NCBI RefSeq assembly: GCF_016433145.1
Contig: NC_058131.1
Span: 63,163,253 to 63,227,252 of the forward strand
Direction: 5' to 3'
DNA length: 64,000 nucleotides
DNA from: Gracilinanus agilis
Lineage: Eukaryota
In this document: positions 49,829 through 61,954 of the stretch, piece after piece
How the letters are laid out: every line of letters begins with the position of its first letter
Position numbering within the stretch: position 1 is the first letter of the stretch
Translations under genes and position numbers: made by a program
Notes under the pieces: model-generated
Seen by the model: the letters and a program-made list of their open reading frames with translations, nothing else
Database searches by the model: none
What the model was told of the DNA's origin: nothing

Positions 49829-52800
49829 CTAGAGGAGACAAGATAAGATAAGTTGATTGATTAGAGGCTCCCAAGGTGGAAAAGGAGCAATTCTACACTC
49901 CTTCATCCACTCCTCTTCCTCCCTTTGTATTTCCCCTTTGGATCTCCCCTCAACCACTGTAGTACCATAATCATCATCTTCCACCACTTCTCCATACTCT
50001 GGCTCTGGCTCCAGTTCCGGCTCCGGCTCCATATTCCATCCTGGAAAGTCATCAAGCTCTGGCTCCTCCGGATCCTCCTCCACAAGCTCAACTTGTTCTG
50101 GAGCTTCAGACTCTGGCTCTGGGTCCTTCGGAGACTCTTGGTCCTCAGGAACATCCTGTTCTGTTACCTCTAAGACTTCCTGTCCCTCTATCTTGTCAGA
50201 CTTATCCTCCTCTCCAGGATTAGGAACCCCAATACATGTGCCCCCAGCTGAAATCTCAGTGGTTCGGTCATTATCCCAGCAAGATTCATGACTTCTCCGG
50301 CGATGATAGCCATATCCTAGTTGAGGAAGGTGAAGAAAAAGGGGAGTTAATGTGATTCTAGCCTTCATTTCCTATGAAAGTATCTCTGTCCAGTTGCCCC
50401 CCTAGTTGCCCCATCTCCCTTTCCTTCTTTGCTCATGCCTACTTTGGAACAACCTAGCTCAACCCCCTTCTCCCAGACCCTCCTTACTCTCTGCTGAGGG
50501 CAAGAGAAGGAAATACAGTACAGGTCTCCTTGACTCACAATAAGACAAAGCTGAAAGCATGTCAGGATATGGAATATTCAGTTTGGAAGAGACTTTGTGG
50601 TTTCCAAACTTTTTTGGCCTACCGCCCCCTTTCCAGAAAAAATATTACTCAGCGCCTCCTGGAAATTATGAAACTATTTATTGAACTCAGAATAAAATGT
50701 AATACAAAAAAAGTGTGGCCATCACCGCCTTCCTGGATCACTGAAGCACCCACCAGGGGGCAGTGGTACCCACTTTGGGACTCACTGCTTTAGATCAATG
50801 AATAGAATGTCAGAACTGGAATCATGAAGACTTTAGTTCAAATCCTGCCCCAGAAATTTACCAGCTGTATAACTCTGGGTACTTAATCCCTCAGCCTCGA
50901 TTTGCTCATCTGTAGAATGGGAATAGCATCTCCCTGACAAGGTTGTTGTGAGGATCAAATGAGGTAATATTTGTAAAGCACTTTGCAAACCTTAAAGTTC
51001 TAAAGAAATGTTAGCTATCTGGGTATCATAGAATGCAAAAGCCAAAAGGTTCTTTGGAAACCAGAATGTTAGAGCTGAAAGGAGCCTTAGAGCATTCATT
51101 ACATGGGAGAAAATGGGGACATGATGTCAGAGCTGGAAAGGGTTCAAGAATCTAGATGCTTAAAGGCCCTGAAAGCATCCGTTATAAGAACATGGAACAA
51201 AGAATGAGAGGGCTGGAAAGGTCCTTCAAGGTTAAGGCCAACACTGTCATTTTACAAATAAGACCAGAGAGGGTAAAGAGTTTGTCTAAGAATCAGGACT
51301 AGAATTTGATCCTAGTAGGACTGCAGGCAGGTAGGTGGCACGGCAGTGGATAAAGTGTTGGGCTTGGAGTCAGGAAGACTCATCTTCCTGAGTTCAAATC
51401 CAGCCTCAGACACTTATTGGCTGTTTGGCCCTGGGCACATCACTTTACCCTGTTTGCCTCAGTTTCCTCAACTGGAAAATGAGCTGGAGAAGGAAATGGC
51501 AAACTGTTCCACAATCTTTGCCAAGAAACCTCCAAATGGAGTCAGAAAGAGCAGGACAGGACTGAACCAAGAATTGTGGAATTTTGAATGAGCAGGGGTT
51601 TAGGGACAGGTTGGACAACTAGTCCTTGACCTTCAGCTTAGAAATGAGGAAACTGAGGCCCGAGAGGTCATACAAAAAGGAAGTTAACAGTTAGTATATG
51701 AACCCAGGTCTTTAGACTCCAAAAGGAGCCGTCTTTCCACGATGGGACATTGTTTGCTTAGTATCTATGTTTTTCTTCTCTGTTTGAATATAAGGACCTT
51801 GAGAGCAAAGCCTCTGTTCCGTTGTATGTCCTCCAGGGCATAGCACCCAGTAAGGCGCTCAACTGAAAATCTTTCCTTGTGTTTGTTGAATGAATAAATG
51901 TGTGGATGGTAGATACTAAAGCTGATTCTCAGGTCTTTGTTATCTCACCAAAAGTGAGCCACAACCCCTTCAGTAGAGGCCTTCTGCTCCAAAGGGAGTT
52001 CTTCCCCAAAGAAAAACTATCCACACCAATAATCTTGAGAGGCAGAATGATGTTAAAAGAATTTACTCTTAAGGCATTGTTTTCTCTAGCCTTTTATTGA
52101 CATTGAGCACTTCCTTCACTTATGACTGTAGTGAACAAACATTTCTGAGAAAGAGTCCATGAGCTTCACCTGACTGTCAAAGGGTTCTGGCTAAGAACAC
52201 CCTTGCTTTACTTTGAGGGGGGCTAAAGAGAGCTAAAAGATACAGGAGGAAAGGACTTCCCAACCACAGTTAGGCAGGGGAAATCATGAAGTGGTGGAAA
52301 ATCCTCCTACGGGGGCGGCTAGGTGATTCGGTGCATTAAAAGCCAGGTCTAGAGACAGGACGTTCTGGGTTCAAATCTGGTTGGTCACTTAACCTCAGTT
52401 ACCTGGCTCTTACTACTCTTCTGCCTTGGGACCCATATTCTGGATCAATTCTAAGGCTGAAGGTAAGGATTAAAAAAAAAAAAGAAAAGAGAGGAAAGTC
52501 CTCCTATGTGCGTACTAAGACCAGAAAGATATAAACCTATGATATTCCCCCTCTTAAGCTACTAGGGTATTGGGTCAGGCTGGCTAATAAACACTGTGGG
52601 CTGGTAATTGCCAGCCTTGTCTGCAAGTCTGGCTAATGGTACAGAGAGGAGGGAGTCCATGCTTGTTTCCCTACTTTAACTCTGTGTTCCCTGGCTACAT
52701 AGGAGGTTAGGACCACCTTTCTTTCTCCATCTCTCATCTCTTCCAATTCGTTTCCTTTCTCTTCCTTCTACCCTCTTGCCTACTGGGCTCCCTTGAGACA

Positions 52801-53113
52801 CTCACTACTTACCCTCTTGTGGAAGCTTCCAGTTCCAATAAGGGTCTCTGGAGTCTTTCGGGTGGATCTCAGAGGCGCACTTCAGCAGCTCCTGACAAGC
52901 AAATTCACCTTTCTGCTGAACTATCAGCAGTACCTTGCGTACTATGCGCTCAGGGTCATCCATGGCATCCAAGGACTCATATTCACTCGCTGTGATGATG
53001 CCTCGGGAAAAAAGCCCATCCAATAGGATGACTGAGTCTTGTTTCAAGGTATCCACCAGGCGTCTTCGCTCCCGTTGGATCAGTTCTGAGGGCCTTTCCT
53101 GGAGGTTGCCCAT
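49829..53113 (-). CDS. NOL3: Nucleolar protein 3 / apoptosis repressor with CARD (ARC), about 262 aa; exons 52813..53113 and 49829..50316 (3' end uncertain)
   Basis: [23 protein letters not shown]...CARD; phase-1 donor G|GTAAGT; acceptor TAG|GA TAT; P/E-rich tail [11 protein letters not shown]; synteny next to MATCAP1. Confidence 0.9.
50595..50787 (-). mobile_element. hAT MITE, copy 2 (same family as 34961..35152), in the NOL3 intron
   Basis: Colinear reverse-complement similarity to copy 1, including both TIRs and gtggccatcaccgc.ttcctggatcactg. Confidence 0.85.
51325..51565 (+). mobile_element. MAR1-like CORE SINE
   Basis: ggcaggtaggtggc...ggaagactcatcttcctgagttcaaatcc...gagaaggaaatggcaaac. 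Confidence 0.85.
52312..52485 (+). mobile_element. SINE1_Mdo-like SINE
   Basis: ggggcggctaggtgattcggtgc...tactcttctgccttggga, then an A tail. Confidence 0.8.
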
Positions 53114-53314
53114 CTCGAAGGAGGAGGAGTGAAGAAGGAATCCTAGAACAGAACCATTTCATACTCCCAGGACAGTCGACCCCTCATCCCCACACAACCC
53201 TCTGTTCCCATACATAACCTACAACTTTCTGCGCTTTAGTTTCCTCATCTGTAAAGTGGGGATGTTAATACCTTTCCTACTTATCTCAGTCTTACTGTAA
53301 GAATCAAATGGACA

Positions 53315-53495
53315 GAGACAGCTAGGTGGCTCAGTGGATAGAGAGCCTGGGTTCAAATCTGGCTTCATACACTTCTTTGCTGTGTGACCCTGGGTAAATC
53401 ACTTAACCCCCATTGCCTAGCCCTTACTGCTCTTCTGCCTTGGAGCCAACATACAGTGTTGATTCTAAGATGGAAGGTAAGACTTTTTTTTTTTA
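53315..53495 (+). mobile_element. SINE1_Mdo-like SINE
   Basis: cagctaggtggctcagtggatagagagcc...cccttactgctcttctgccttggagcc. Confidence 0.85.
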
Positions 53496-54848
53496 ATCCA
53501 ATGGAATAAGATGCATTTTTGTACTTTTTCATCTTAAAATACAACATTCATGTGATTTGTGAATATCTTCCCTGTGAAGAAAGAGCAGAGAGCCCATTAT
53601 TTGGCAGCCAGCACATGAAATGTCAGAACTGGAAAGACATTTAGAGATTATTTAGTCTACAACTTCTTGACTCCATCTCCCTTCTTTTTCTGTGGTTGAA
53701 CCATACAGTGCTGGCCCCAAAACACCTCTCCAATTATTTCTGCTGCTATTAGCCTTGGAGAAAGGTGACTTCCCCTCCAGCCCTTGACTTTCTAGGCAAA
53801 TCCTGCTTCCTTTAATTCATCTTAGATGCCATTAATGTCTTTGTAAACTTAAGACTATAATATTTAAGATGAAGGGACTTTAGAGGTCATCTAGTTAACT
53901 CTTTCATTTTCTAGCTGAGGAAATTGAGGACTTTGACCATGCTAAACATCTCTACTTCAATTTCTGGGAAATGGGATTTCACAGCTTCTGAGGCAGGTTA
54001 TATTTCCCCCAAAGACTTTAGATCTCTTTGACTTATGGAAGCCAAAGAAACTGAGTCCATGCAGAATTTTACCTGATGAAGGAGGTAAAGTTTTCTTTTC
54101 TTTCCCAGATTCAGAGCCTTCCTCTCTAAGGTGACCTTCCATCTACTCCGTATGTCTTGCATACTTGCTGTTTCTTCTCTAAAGTAGCCTTTGGGTCCAT
54201 TCTCCCCACATCTCATGCTCCTCCATCAGCCTTCCCTCATCTGATCCCTGTCTAAGATTCCCCGGCTTTCATCACTATCATGAGGGTTCTTCTATAAGGG
54301 CTAAAGGTTTGGGGGTTATTGGGGGGATAAGAGCTGGGCTCTCTGGGTGACAGCCATCCCCTCTCCTGACATGGAGGACCCATGTCAAGCCCTTCATGGG
54401 AGATACCCAGGATCTAACAGTGACGTTTGGGGATACCCAGGTAGGTGAGATCACAAAGGCTTTTGGCATCTTTCCTTGGCCTTGCCTTGCTCCTCCCAAG
54501 CCTTCCCAGCAGACATGTCCCAAGGTTTCTCCATGCACTCCTGGCCTTGTTTCCCAAAGTCCAAGTCTTCTTACCAGGACTGATTCTCCCCTCAATAAAA
54601 AGGACACCCTAAATTTGGTCTAGACACCAGATTTACCAGTTTTCAATTCAAATCCTATTCTAACGGACAATGGGTCTTTTCCTGGCTTGTGCTTCAGTTT
54701 CTCCTCCATTGATAGGGAGAGGATGATTCATCACCTCAGCCATCAGTACTGAATCAGAAACCCACACAGACAGACTTAGCTTCTCTCATACTGAGCAGGT
54801 TTTACTCAGAGGAAAGGAGAGAAGGAAACAGAGAATATCTCACAGCTC

Positions 54849-54860
54849 ACTCACCGGGGT
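54849..54860 (-). other. Candidate donor of the NOL3 non-coding first exon
   Basis: CCG|GTGAGT at 54855/54854 on the minus strand, about 1.7 kb upstream of the ATG exon; no transcript evidence. Confidence 0.35.
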
Positions 54861-56379
54861 TGATGCCTCTGGCTCAGGAGGGAGATGACTGTGCAGAAAG
54901 TCTAAGTCGAGAAGATGGAGAGAGTATATAGAGAGTCCTGGAGAGGGAGGGACTTCTGCAGCTGCCCTGCGGGGAGGGAAAGGCTGGCTCTTGCTGAGGT
55001 TCTGGCACTGGGCCTAGGGCTGCCGGGAACTGATATGGGTCAGTGTCCTCTCTCTCCTGGACAACAGCAAGGAAGGCAGATGGGACACAAACCTCTCCTT
55101 GGACCTTATCAGAAACAGTCTTTTCATTTTCACTCACTGTGGCGTGAAACGAAGGGGCCAAAGGACTTGGGTTTCATTGGCTGGGAGCATTGTCAACGGA
55201 CCTTCACACATCACAAAGTGGCCTTCATGAGCGGCTGTGTCCAGCTGAAGAAATTCAACACCTCAGGGCCAACTTTTTGGTGACGAGACAGCTGACAAAT
55301 AAGATGGCCAAGCGTGTATCAGGGCCAAGGGTACAGAAACCCATAAATGTCCACCTTTCCTAACTGAGTGGTCCTGGGCCAGTTAACTAATCTCACTGAG
55401 CCTCAGTTTCCTCATCCTTAGGATGGAGGAGGCCTGCACGTTCCTGCCTCATCATCCTTCCATTCTACTCTAGTCAGACCACGGGAGAGTGCTCAGCTGT
55501 GAAGCACGATGACGTAGCAAGTGTGGGGGATCAGGAAAACTCCTGATTTGCTAGTCAAGTGGGCATTGGTTCACTCCAGCTCCCTGTGAGGGTTTTGTTG
55601 GGATGAGTCGAGGAACTCCTGGCTGGTTCGTTCACAGGTATGTGTCGGGAGCTATTAAGAGAAATTAGAATCTCAAGTAGATATTTTTATCTGGACCCCC
55701 TCAAAAGATCAATACAGCCCAGCAGAGCCGTGTATTGGCTTTTCTCCCTATCAGGTTCGAGACAGAGTGGGCTATCTAAGATAAAAATCCAAGATTCCTC
55801 TTTTGATTCCTTTCATAATTCTCACCTTCCTTTAAAATGCATTATAGTCTTATTGAAAAAAGCTTTGGGCTCTCAGGAATCCAGCAGGAGGGGGGCTAAC
55901 ACTGTTCTCCTTTGACCAAGAATGCAGCTGGCTGGTACGGCCAAGGTTGAACCCTTGGCAGGGCATTTTGCCCAGAATTAAAGTAAAATAATGAGGCTCA
56001 AAAAAAATTGTTTAATACCATCAAGGCTGAGAACTTCAGGGCTTTCTGACCTAACCAGAAGTCCCAGGCTCCACTTAAAGATAACACATATAGTTGATAG
56101 TTTAGCATAGGTTTTTTATCTACACCTGGAGGTTTCTAAGGCTTTTGTTTTGATTATAGTAAAAATACTGCTCTCTGTATCTGTGGGAAACTTTCTTGAG
56201 CTTTTGGGGGAAGGGGATCTTTAATTTCCTTTATAATAAATTGGTAACTCCAGTATCCCTCGGAGCATTATGAGCTAACAAGCATGCTTCCAATCTGTTT
56301 CGTTCTTTACATCCGACAACCACCCTAGGCCACTCAGATAAGTCTCTGGTTATAGAGCAGGATCTCTATAGGTATGGCC

Positions 56380-56765
56380 AGGCAGTTCCCCCAAAATGAC
56401 TGAAAACTGAGAGCTGGCCACAGTGCAATGATCCAGGACAATTCTGAGGGACTTACAACAAAGGATGCTGTCCACCTCCGGAGGAAGAACTGTTGAAGTT
56501 GGAATGAAGATGAAAGCAGGTGATTTTTCACTTGTTTATTTGGGTTTGGTTTTGGTTCTACAAGATTACTTACAAAAATGACTAATATAGAAATATGTTC
56601 TGCATAATAATACATATATGACCCAGATAGAATTGCTTGCCAGCTTCAGGTATGGGGAGGGAAGGGAGGGAGGGAGACAATTCAGATCATATAACTTTGG
56701 AAAACTTGGGTGGAAATTTATTACATTGGTAAAATAAAATATCTTCATAATCAAAAAAATTTAAA
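56380..56765 (+). mobile_element. Older L1 3' UTR fragment
   Basis: tgcaatgatccaggacaattctgagggactta...aaaatgactaatatagaaatatgtt...ggggagggaagggaggg. Confidence 0.7.
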
Positions 56766-56984
56766 AACAGAGTTGGGGGCAGGAGGAAGATTGAAAATCT
56801 TGGTAAGAGTTTGCCTGGCTTGTGCCTCAGTTTCTCCTCAGCTAATATGGAGAGGAATAATCTATTCCCTCTGTAGACTATAGGAGATAAGAGGAAAATA
56901 GATCTACTCTCTGTCTCCCCCTCTCTGTCCCTATGTCTCTGTCTGTCTGTCTGTCTTACCCTCCCCAACCCCTCCTGGCTTAAA

Positions 56985-57540
56985 TAAAACCCTTACCTCG
57001 AGGCCGTCTTAGAATCCATACTAAATACTGGTTCCAAGGCAGAAGAGTGCTTAAGGGCTAGGCAACTGGGGTTAAATGTCTTGCCTAGGGACATACACCT
57101 AGGAAGTATCTGAGGTCAAATCTGAACCCAGCACCTCCAGTCTCCAGGCCTGGTTCTCTATCCACTGAGGCACTTAGCTGCCTCTGCCTCTTTTCTAGTA
57201 CTTTCTTTCCATTAGGCTTCCAGAAAAGGTATGCAAGAGACAGAATGGGAGTCTCACCACTCAGCCCCACTATGGCAATAGATGTTTTCCCATCCAGGTC
57301 TGTCTAGAGATTTCTTCTTAGAACAGATGATCGATCACTACAGCAACTAGGTAGCATAGTGACTAGAGCACCAGACCTGGAGGTGGGAGGTCCTACGTTC
57401 AAATCTGACCTCTGACGTGCCTTAGCTGTGTGACCCTAGTCAAGTCATTTAACCCCAATTGCCCAGTCCTTATCAGTCTTCTGCATTGTAACCAATATTT
57501 AGTGTCAATTCTAAGACAGAAGATAAGGGGTTAAAAAAAA
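56985..57540. mobile_element. Head-to-head SINE1_Mdo-like pair (- about 56985..57183; + about 57340..57540)
   Basis: Consensus segments in opposite orientations. Confidence 0.75.
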
Positions 57541-58657
57541 GAGTGGGGTGGGTGGACAATGAAAAAGATGATCACCCTCGGGATCCCCTCGTGGCAAAAA
57601 GAATGAGAGGAAGCTCTGCCCTGGCTGTCCAGACTGCTGGATAGTCCTTGCACATAATGCCCCATTTCCCAACTCCTTGCTTTTGTACCATCTGTGCCCC
57701 CTTATCTGGCATGTCCCCCTTCCTCTTGGCATCTCTGGCTTCCTTTGACACTCAAATGGAATTCCCTCTTCTGCAGGGGACCTTTCTGAGATCCAGCCAC
57801 CAGTGCCTTCCCTTCCCTGGTCTGAGATAACCTCTGGTGTACCTGTATATCACTTACATTAGATATGTTATAGTGAAGTTCTTACAGGAAAGACCTGGGT
57901 TTTCTTGGCAAAGATATTGAAGTGATTTATCATATCCGTCTCCAGCTCATTTTACAGATAAGGAACTGAGGCAGAGGGTTAAGTGACTTACCCAGGGTCA
58001 TGTAGCTAGTAAGTGCTTTAGACTAGATTTGAACTTATGAAGAAGAATCTTTCTGATTCCAAGCCCAGGGTCACCTCGCTGCCCAAGGAGCAGGTTAGCC
58101 AGCAAGTTTGCTAGGCTGGAGAACAATAAACTTCTTGGAGAAATATTTCTTTCCCCCTTGGAGAGAGATTTTTTATGATTTCCAAGCTTACCTTCATGAG
58201 AAGGTGGCATTCTTGTGCACTGAGGAAAGTAGTGGGAATCATGTAGCAACCCTGAGAATTGAGTCATGGAAAATTTGCTTTTATATTGCCTTTGATAACT
58301 TAATCCCAGACCATTATTAGCCATGACCCAGTTGATAGTCATTGAAAAGAAAACGCCTTAGCAGCTCTGAGATTGCAAGAGATTATGGCTCTATACTGGC
58401 ATTTGCATGCCACTGGTATGGAATGCCTAAACTGGCAGGGGAGTAGAATAATTTTTCCTATTTGGAGATTTGGATTGGGAAATGCATTCAACTGGATTCA
58501 TTATTATTGGATTGGCAGTAAGTTTTGTTTCCTGTTCTCAAGGTTGTTTTGTTAGTGCCGTGTTTATAAGTTTTTCTGTGTTATAATTTCGGAAACTGGT
58601 TTAGAAAAGGACAATTTATGTTTAAAACCTTTACCTTCTGTTTTAGAACCAATATGA

Positions 58658-59022
58658 GGGGGTGCAGCTAGGTGGCTTAGTGGATGGAGAGTAAGGCTCA
58701 GATAGGATAGGTCCTGGGTTCAAATCTGATCTAAGACCTTTTTTAGCTGTGTCACTCAACCCCACCATTGCCTCACCTTTACCATTATTCTGCTTTGGAA
58801 ACTATACTTTGTATTGATTTTTTTCTTTTTCTTTTACTTTTTTGGTCTGAGAATCAATATTGTGTATAGATTCCAAGGCAGAAGAGTGGTAAGGACTAAG
58901 CAATGGGAGGTTAAGTGACTTGCTCAGGGTCACACAACTGGAGAAAGTCTGAGGTCAGATTCAAACTGGGGATCTCTCATCTCTGGACCTGGTACCGTAT
59001 CCACTGAGCTGTCTAGCTGCCC
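58658..59022. mobile_element. Tail-to-tail SINE1_Mdo-like pair (+ then -)
   Basis: gcagctaggtggcttagtgg... followed by ...ccactgagctgtctagctgccc. Confidence 0.8.
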
Positions 59023-59369
59023 AACAATTCATTTTTGAGATGATATTTGGTGTGATGTATTTATGACTTTAAGGTGTTAGATTCTTATTCTGTGGCTGAT
59101 TTATGAATTAGTTATTGCACACCAGAGACAATTATCTTGAAGATTTAATGATCCTTCTCTTGTTAACGCTTGTCCTAAGTGTTGAAATGTATGTACTTCT
59201 GGTTTGTCAAAGTATTTATTAGTTGGAGTTTAGTAAACAGTACGGCAGCCACTGGAAAGCCGACATTCCTATTTGAGAACACAGTTTGAAAACAATAAAG
59301 TTCTAAATACTGTAATTAGGAATATTTGGAATGTAATCAAAATGTGAAATAGGCTGTCTGTGTTTCTGT

Positions 59370-59615
59370 GCATTAGTTTCACTTGTGTCCAACTCTTTGC
59401 AACCTCATTTGTGGTTTTCTTGGCAAAGATACCAGAGTTATTTGCCATTTTCTTCTCCAGCTCATTTTACAGATGAGGAAACTGAGATAAACAGGATGAA
59501 GTGGCTTGTCTAGGGTCACTCAGCTAAGAAGTGTATGAGGCCAGATTTGAACTCAGGAAGATGAGTCATCCTGATTCCAGGCCTGTCTTTATCCATTGCC
59601 CCACTTAGCTGCCCC
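59370..59615 (-). mobile_element. MAR1-like CORE SINE
   Basis: tccaactctttgcaacctc...gatgaggaaactgag...ccacttagctgcccc. Confidence 0.85.
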
Positions 59616-60562
59616 GACCAAATTTTAATGATGAATTTGGTGACTTCAATAGAAATCCAAACCATGGTGTTATTCATGGCTACTGCAATGAATTCCATCT
59701 TGTCTTTTAGATAATTAGATTTCTATCAACTGATGTTTGTAATAGGATCCAGGATAACTTTGGACAATTGGCCAAAGACTCTTTGGCCAAAGATCTCTTT
59801 GCTGGGGCATGTTCCAATACATGAATCTCTGAAGAGATCTCTCCCTGTATAGATGGGACCTGTTGTCCAGGAGACTGTTTCAGGCCAATGTAAGAGCTAA
59901 ATAAAAAATTCAGGCTATGAAGATCTTTGGCCCTTTTGTCTTTGTAGATTGTGCAAAGTCAATCAGAAAGGTTTTTCAGAAAGAATAATGAAGATGAGGA
60001 ATGGGGCAGCCAGGTAGCACAGTGGATAGAGGGCCAGACCTGGAATCAGGACTTGGGTGTTCAAATCTGACCTTGGATTCTTCCCATCATTCGACCCTGG
60101 GCAAATCATTTAATCCCCATTGCCTAGACCTTTCCCCTCTTACACCTTGGAAGGGATATTAAGACAGAATCTAAGGGTTAAAAAAGAAGATGAAGACTAA
60201 GACTTTTTTTGGACATGGACAATGGAGGAACTTGTTTTGCTTGATTATGCAGAGTTGCATCAAAGGTTTGTTTTTTTTCTTTTAAATGGTGAGGTAGGCA
60301 GGAGAGAGATTAAATACTTGTTGATTGAAAAAGAAAAAAAAAGTATGATCCTGGGGCCATCCTGGGAATAGATGGGCAATAGGAACAGGTGATCTGGACT
60401 CCATAGCCAAGACCTGAAAACTTATCACCCCTCAAGCAGGACAGTTATGGCCTAGCTCTCTGCAAAGTTTGTTTTTGCCTAAAATGATCATTCCTCTGTT
60501 CCTGAGTATAGAAACCTGGGTGGTAACTGGTGTGGCTGCAGTTTTAAAAAACCATCTTTAGA

Positions 60563-61435
60563 AACACATGAAAAAGTGTTCTAAATCTCTTATAGAGAAA
60601 TGAAAATCAAGACAACTATGAGGTACCACCTCACACCTAGAAGATTAGCTAACATGACAGCAAAGGAAAGCGGAGAATGTTGGAGGGGATGTGGCAAAAT
60701 TGGGACATTAATGCATTGCTGGTGGAGTTGTGAATTGATCCAACCATTCTGGATGGCAATTTGGAACCATGCCTGCCCTTTGATCCAGCCATACCATTGC
60801 TGGGTTTGTACCCCAAAGAGATCATAGATAAAAAGATTTGTACAAAAATATTTATAGTCATGCTCTTTGTGTTGGCAAAAAATTGGAAAATGAGGGGATG
60901 CCCTTTGACTGGGTGAACAAATTGTGGTATCTGTTGGTGATGGAATACTATTGTCCTCAAAGGAATAATGAACTGGAGGAATTCCATGTGAACTGGAAAG
61001 ACTTCCAGGAATTGATGCAGAGTGAAAGGAGCAGATCCAGGAGAACATTGTACACAGAAGCCGATACGCTATAGTACAATTCAACATAATGGACTTCTCT
61101 ACTAGCAGCAATGCAAGGATCCAGAGCAAGGCTGAGGGACTTATAAGAAGGGAAACTAGCCATATTTGAAGGAAGAACTGTGGGAGGAGAAACATAGAAG
61201 AAAAACAACTGCTTGAACACATGGACTGATGGGGATATTATTGGGGATGAAGACACTAAACGATAACTCTAGTCCAACTATCAATAATATAGAATTAGGT
61301 CTTAATAATACATGTAAAACCCAGTGGAATTGTGCATTGGCTGTGGGGTGGTGGTGGTGGGATTTGGGGGGAGAGGGAAAAAACACGAAACATATAACTA
61401 TGGGAAATTTTTCAAAATAAAAATAAAAAAGGGGA
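60563..61435 (+). mobile_element. 5'-truncated L1 (ORF2 C-terminus plus 3' UTR) with a 17-bp TSD
   Basis: Translation KTTMRYHLTP.RLA...CWRGCGKIGTLMHCWWSCELIQPFW is the L1 ORF2 Cys-rich end. TSD aaaaaaccatctttaga / aaaaaactatctttaga. Confidence 0.92.
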
Positions 61436-61452
61436 AAAAAACTATCTTTAGA

Positions 61453-61630
61453 GGGCAGCTGGGTAGCTCAGTGGATTGAGAGCCAGGCCTAGAGATGGGA
61501 GGTCCTGGGTTCGAATCTGACCTCTGATACTTCCTAGCAAGTCACCACTGCCTAGCCCTTACCACTCTTCTGCCTTGGAACCAATACATAGTATTGATTC
61601 TAAGGCAGAAGGTGAGGGCTTAAAAAATAA
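61453..61630 (+). mobile_element. SINE1_Mdo-like SINE directly after the L1 TSD
   Basis: gggcagctgggtagctcagtggattgagagccaggcctagagatgggaggtcctgggttcg. Confidence 0.9.
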
Positions 61631-61954
61631 TTTTTAAAAACACCTGTCTTTATAGCTTAACAATGCTATTCATCTTTCAGGCACATAAAGTTGGGAAAGC
61701 AGACCAATACTAAAAGAGCATATACATGTATATATGAATTTCCTGAGTTCAAATTCAGCCTCAGATATTAGATGGGTGACCCTGGGCAAGTCACTTTGCC
61801 CAATTTGCCTCAGTTTCCTCCTCTTTAAAATGAGCTAGAGAAGGAAATGGTGAACCACTCCACTATCTTCACCAAGAAAATCCCACAAGGGGCCATTAAC
61901 AGATAGGTCTGGAAAATGACTTAATAAAGAGAGAACAGTACACACGATGGTTTC

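Noticed and set aside
49829-49843. Possible CaaX prenylation signal at the NOL3 C-terminus (SCLL)
   Set aside because: Cys is third from the end, whereas CaaX needs it fourth
54874-55161. 95-aa minus-strand ORF as a possible HSF4 last exon
   Set aside because: No resemblance to the HSF4 C-terminus as I recall it; more likely NOL3 5' UTR or promoter
55437-55441. HRE core ACGTG upstream of NOL3
   Set aside because: A 5-mer inside a MIR-like repeat, with no supporting context
59628-59733. C-box ATGATGA ... D-box CTGA as a snoRNA
   Set aside because: No terminal stem, no recognisable guide, and not within an identified intron on that strand
60590-61256. 210-aa and other ORFs
   Set aside because: Sense and antisense frames of a truncated L1
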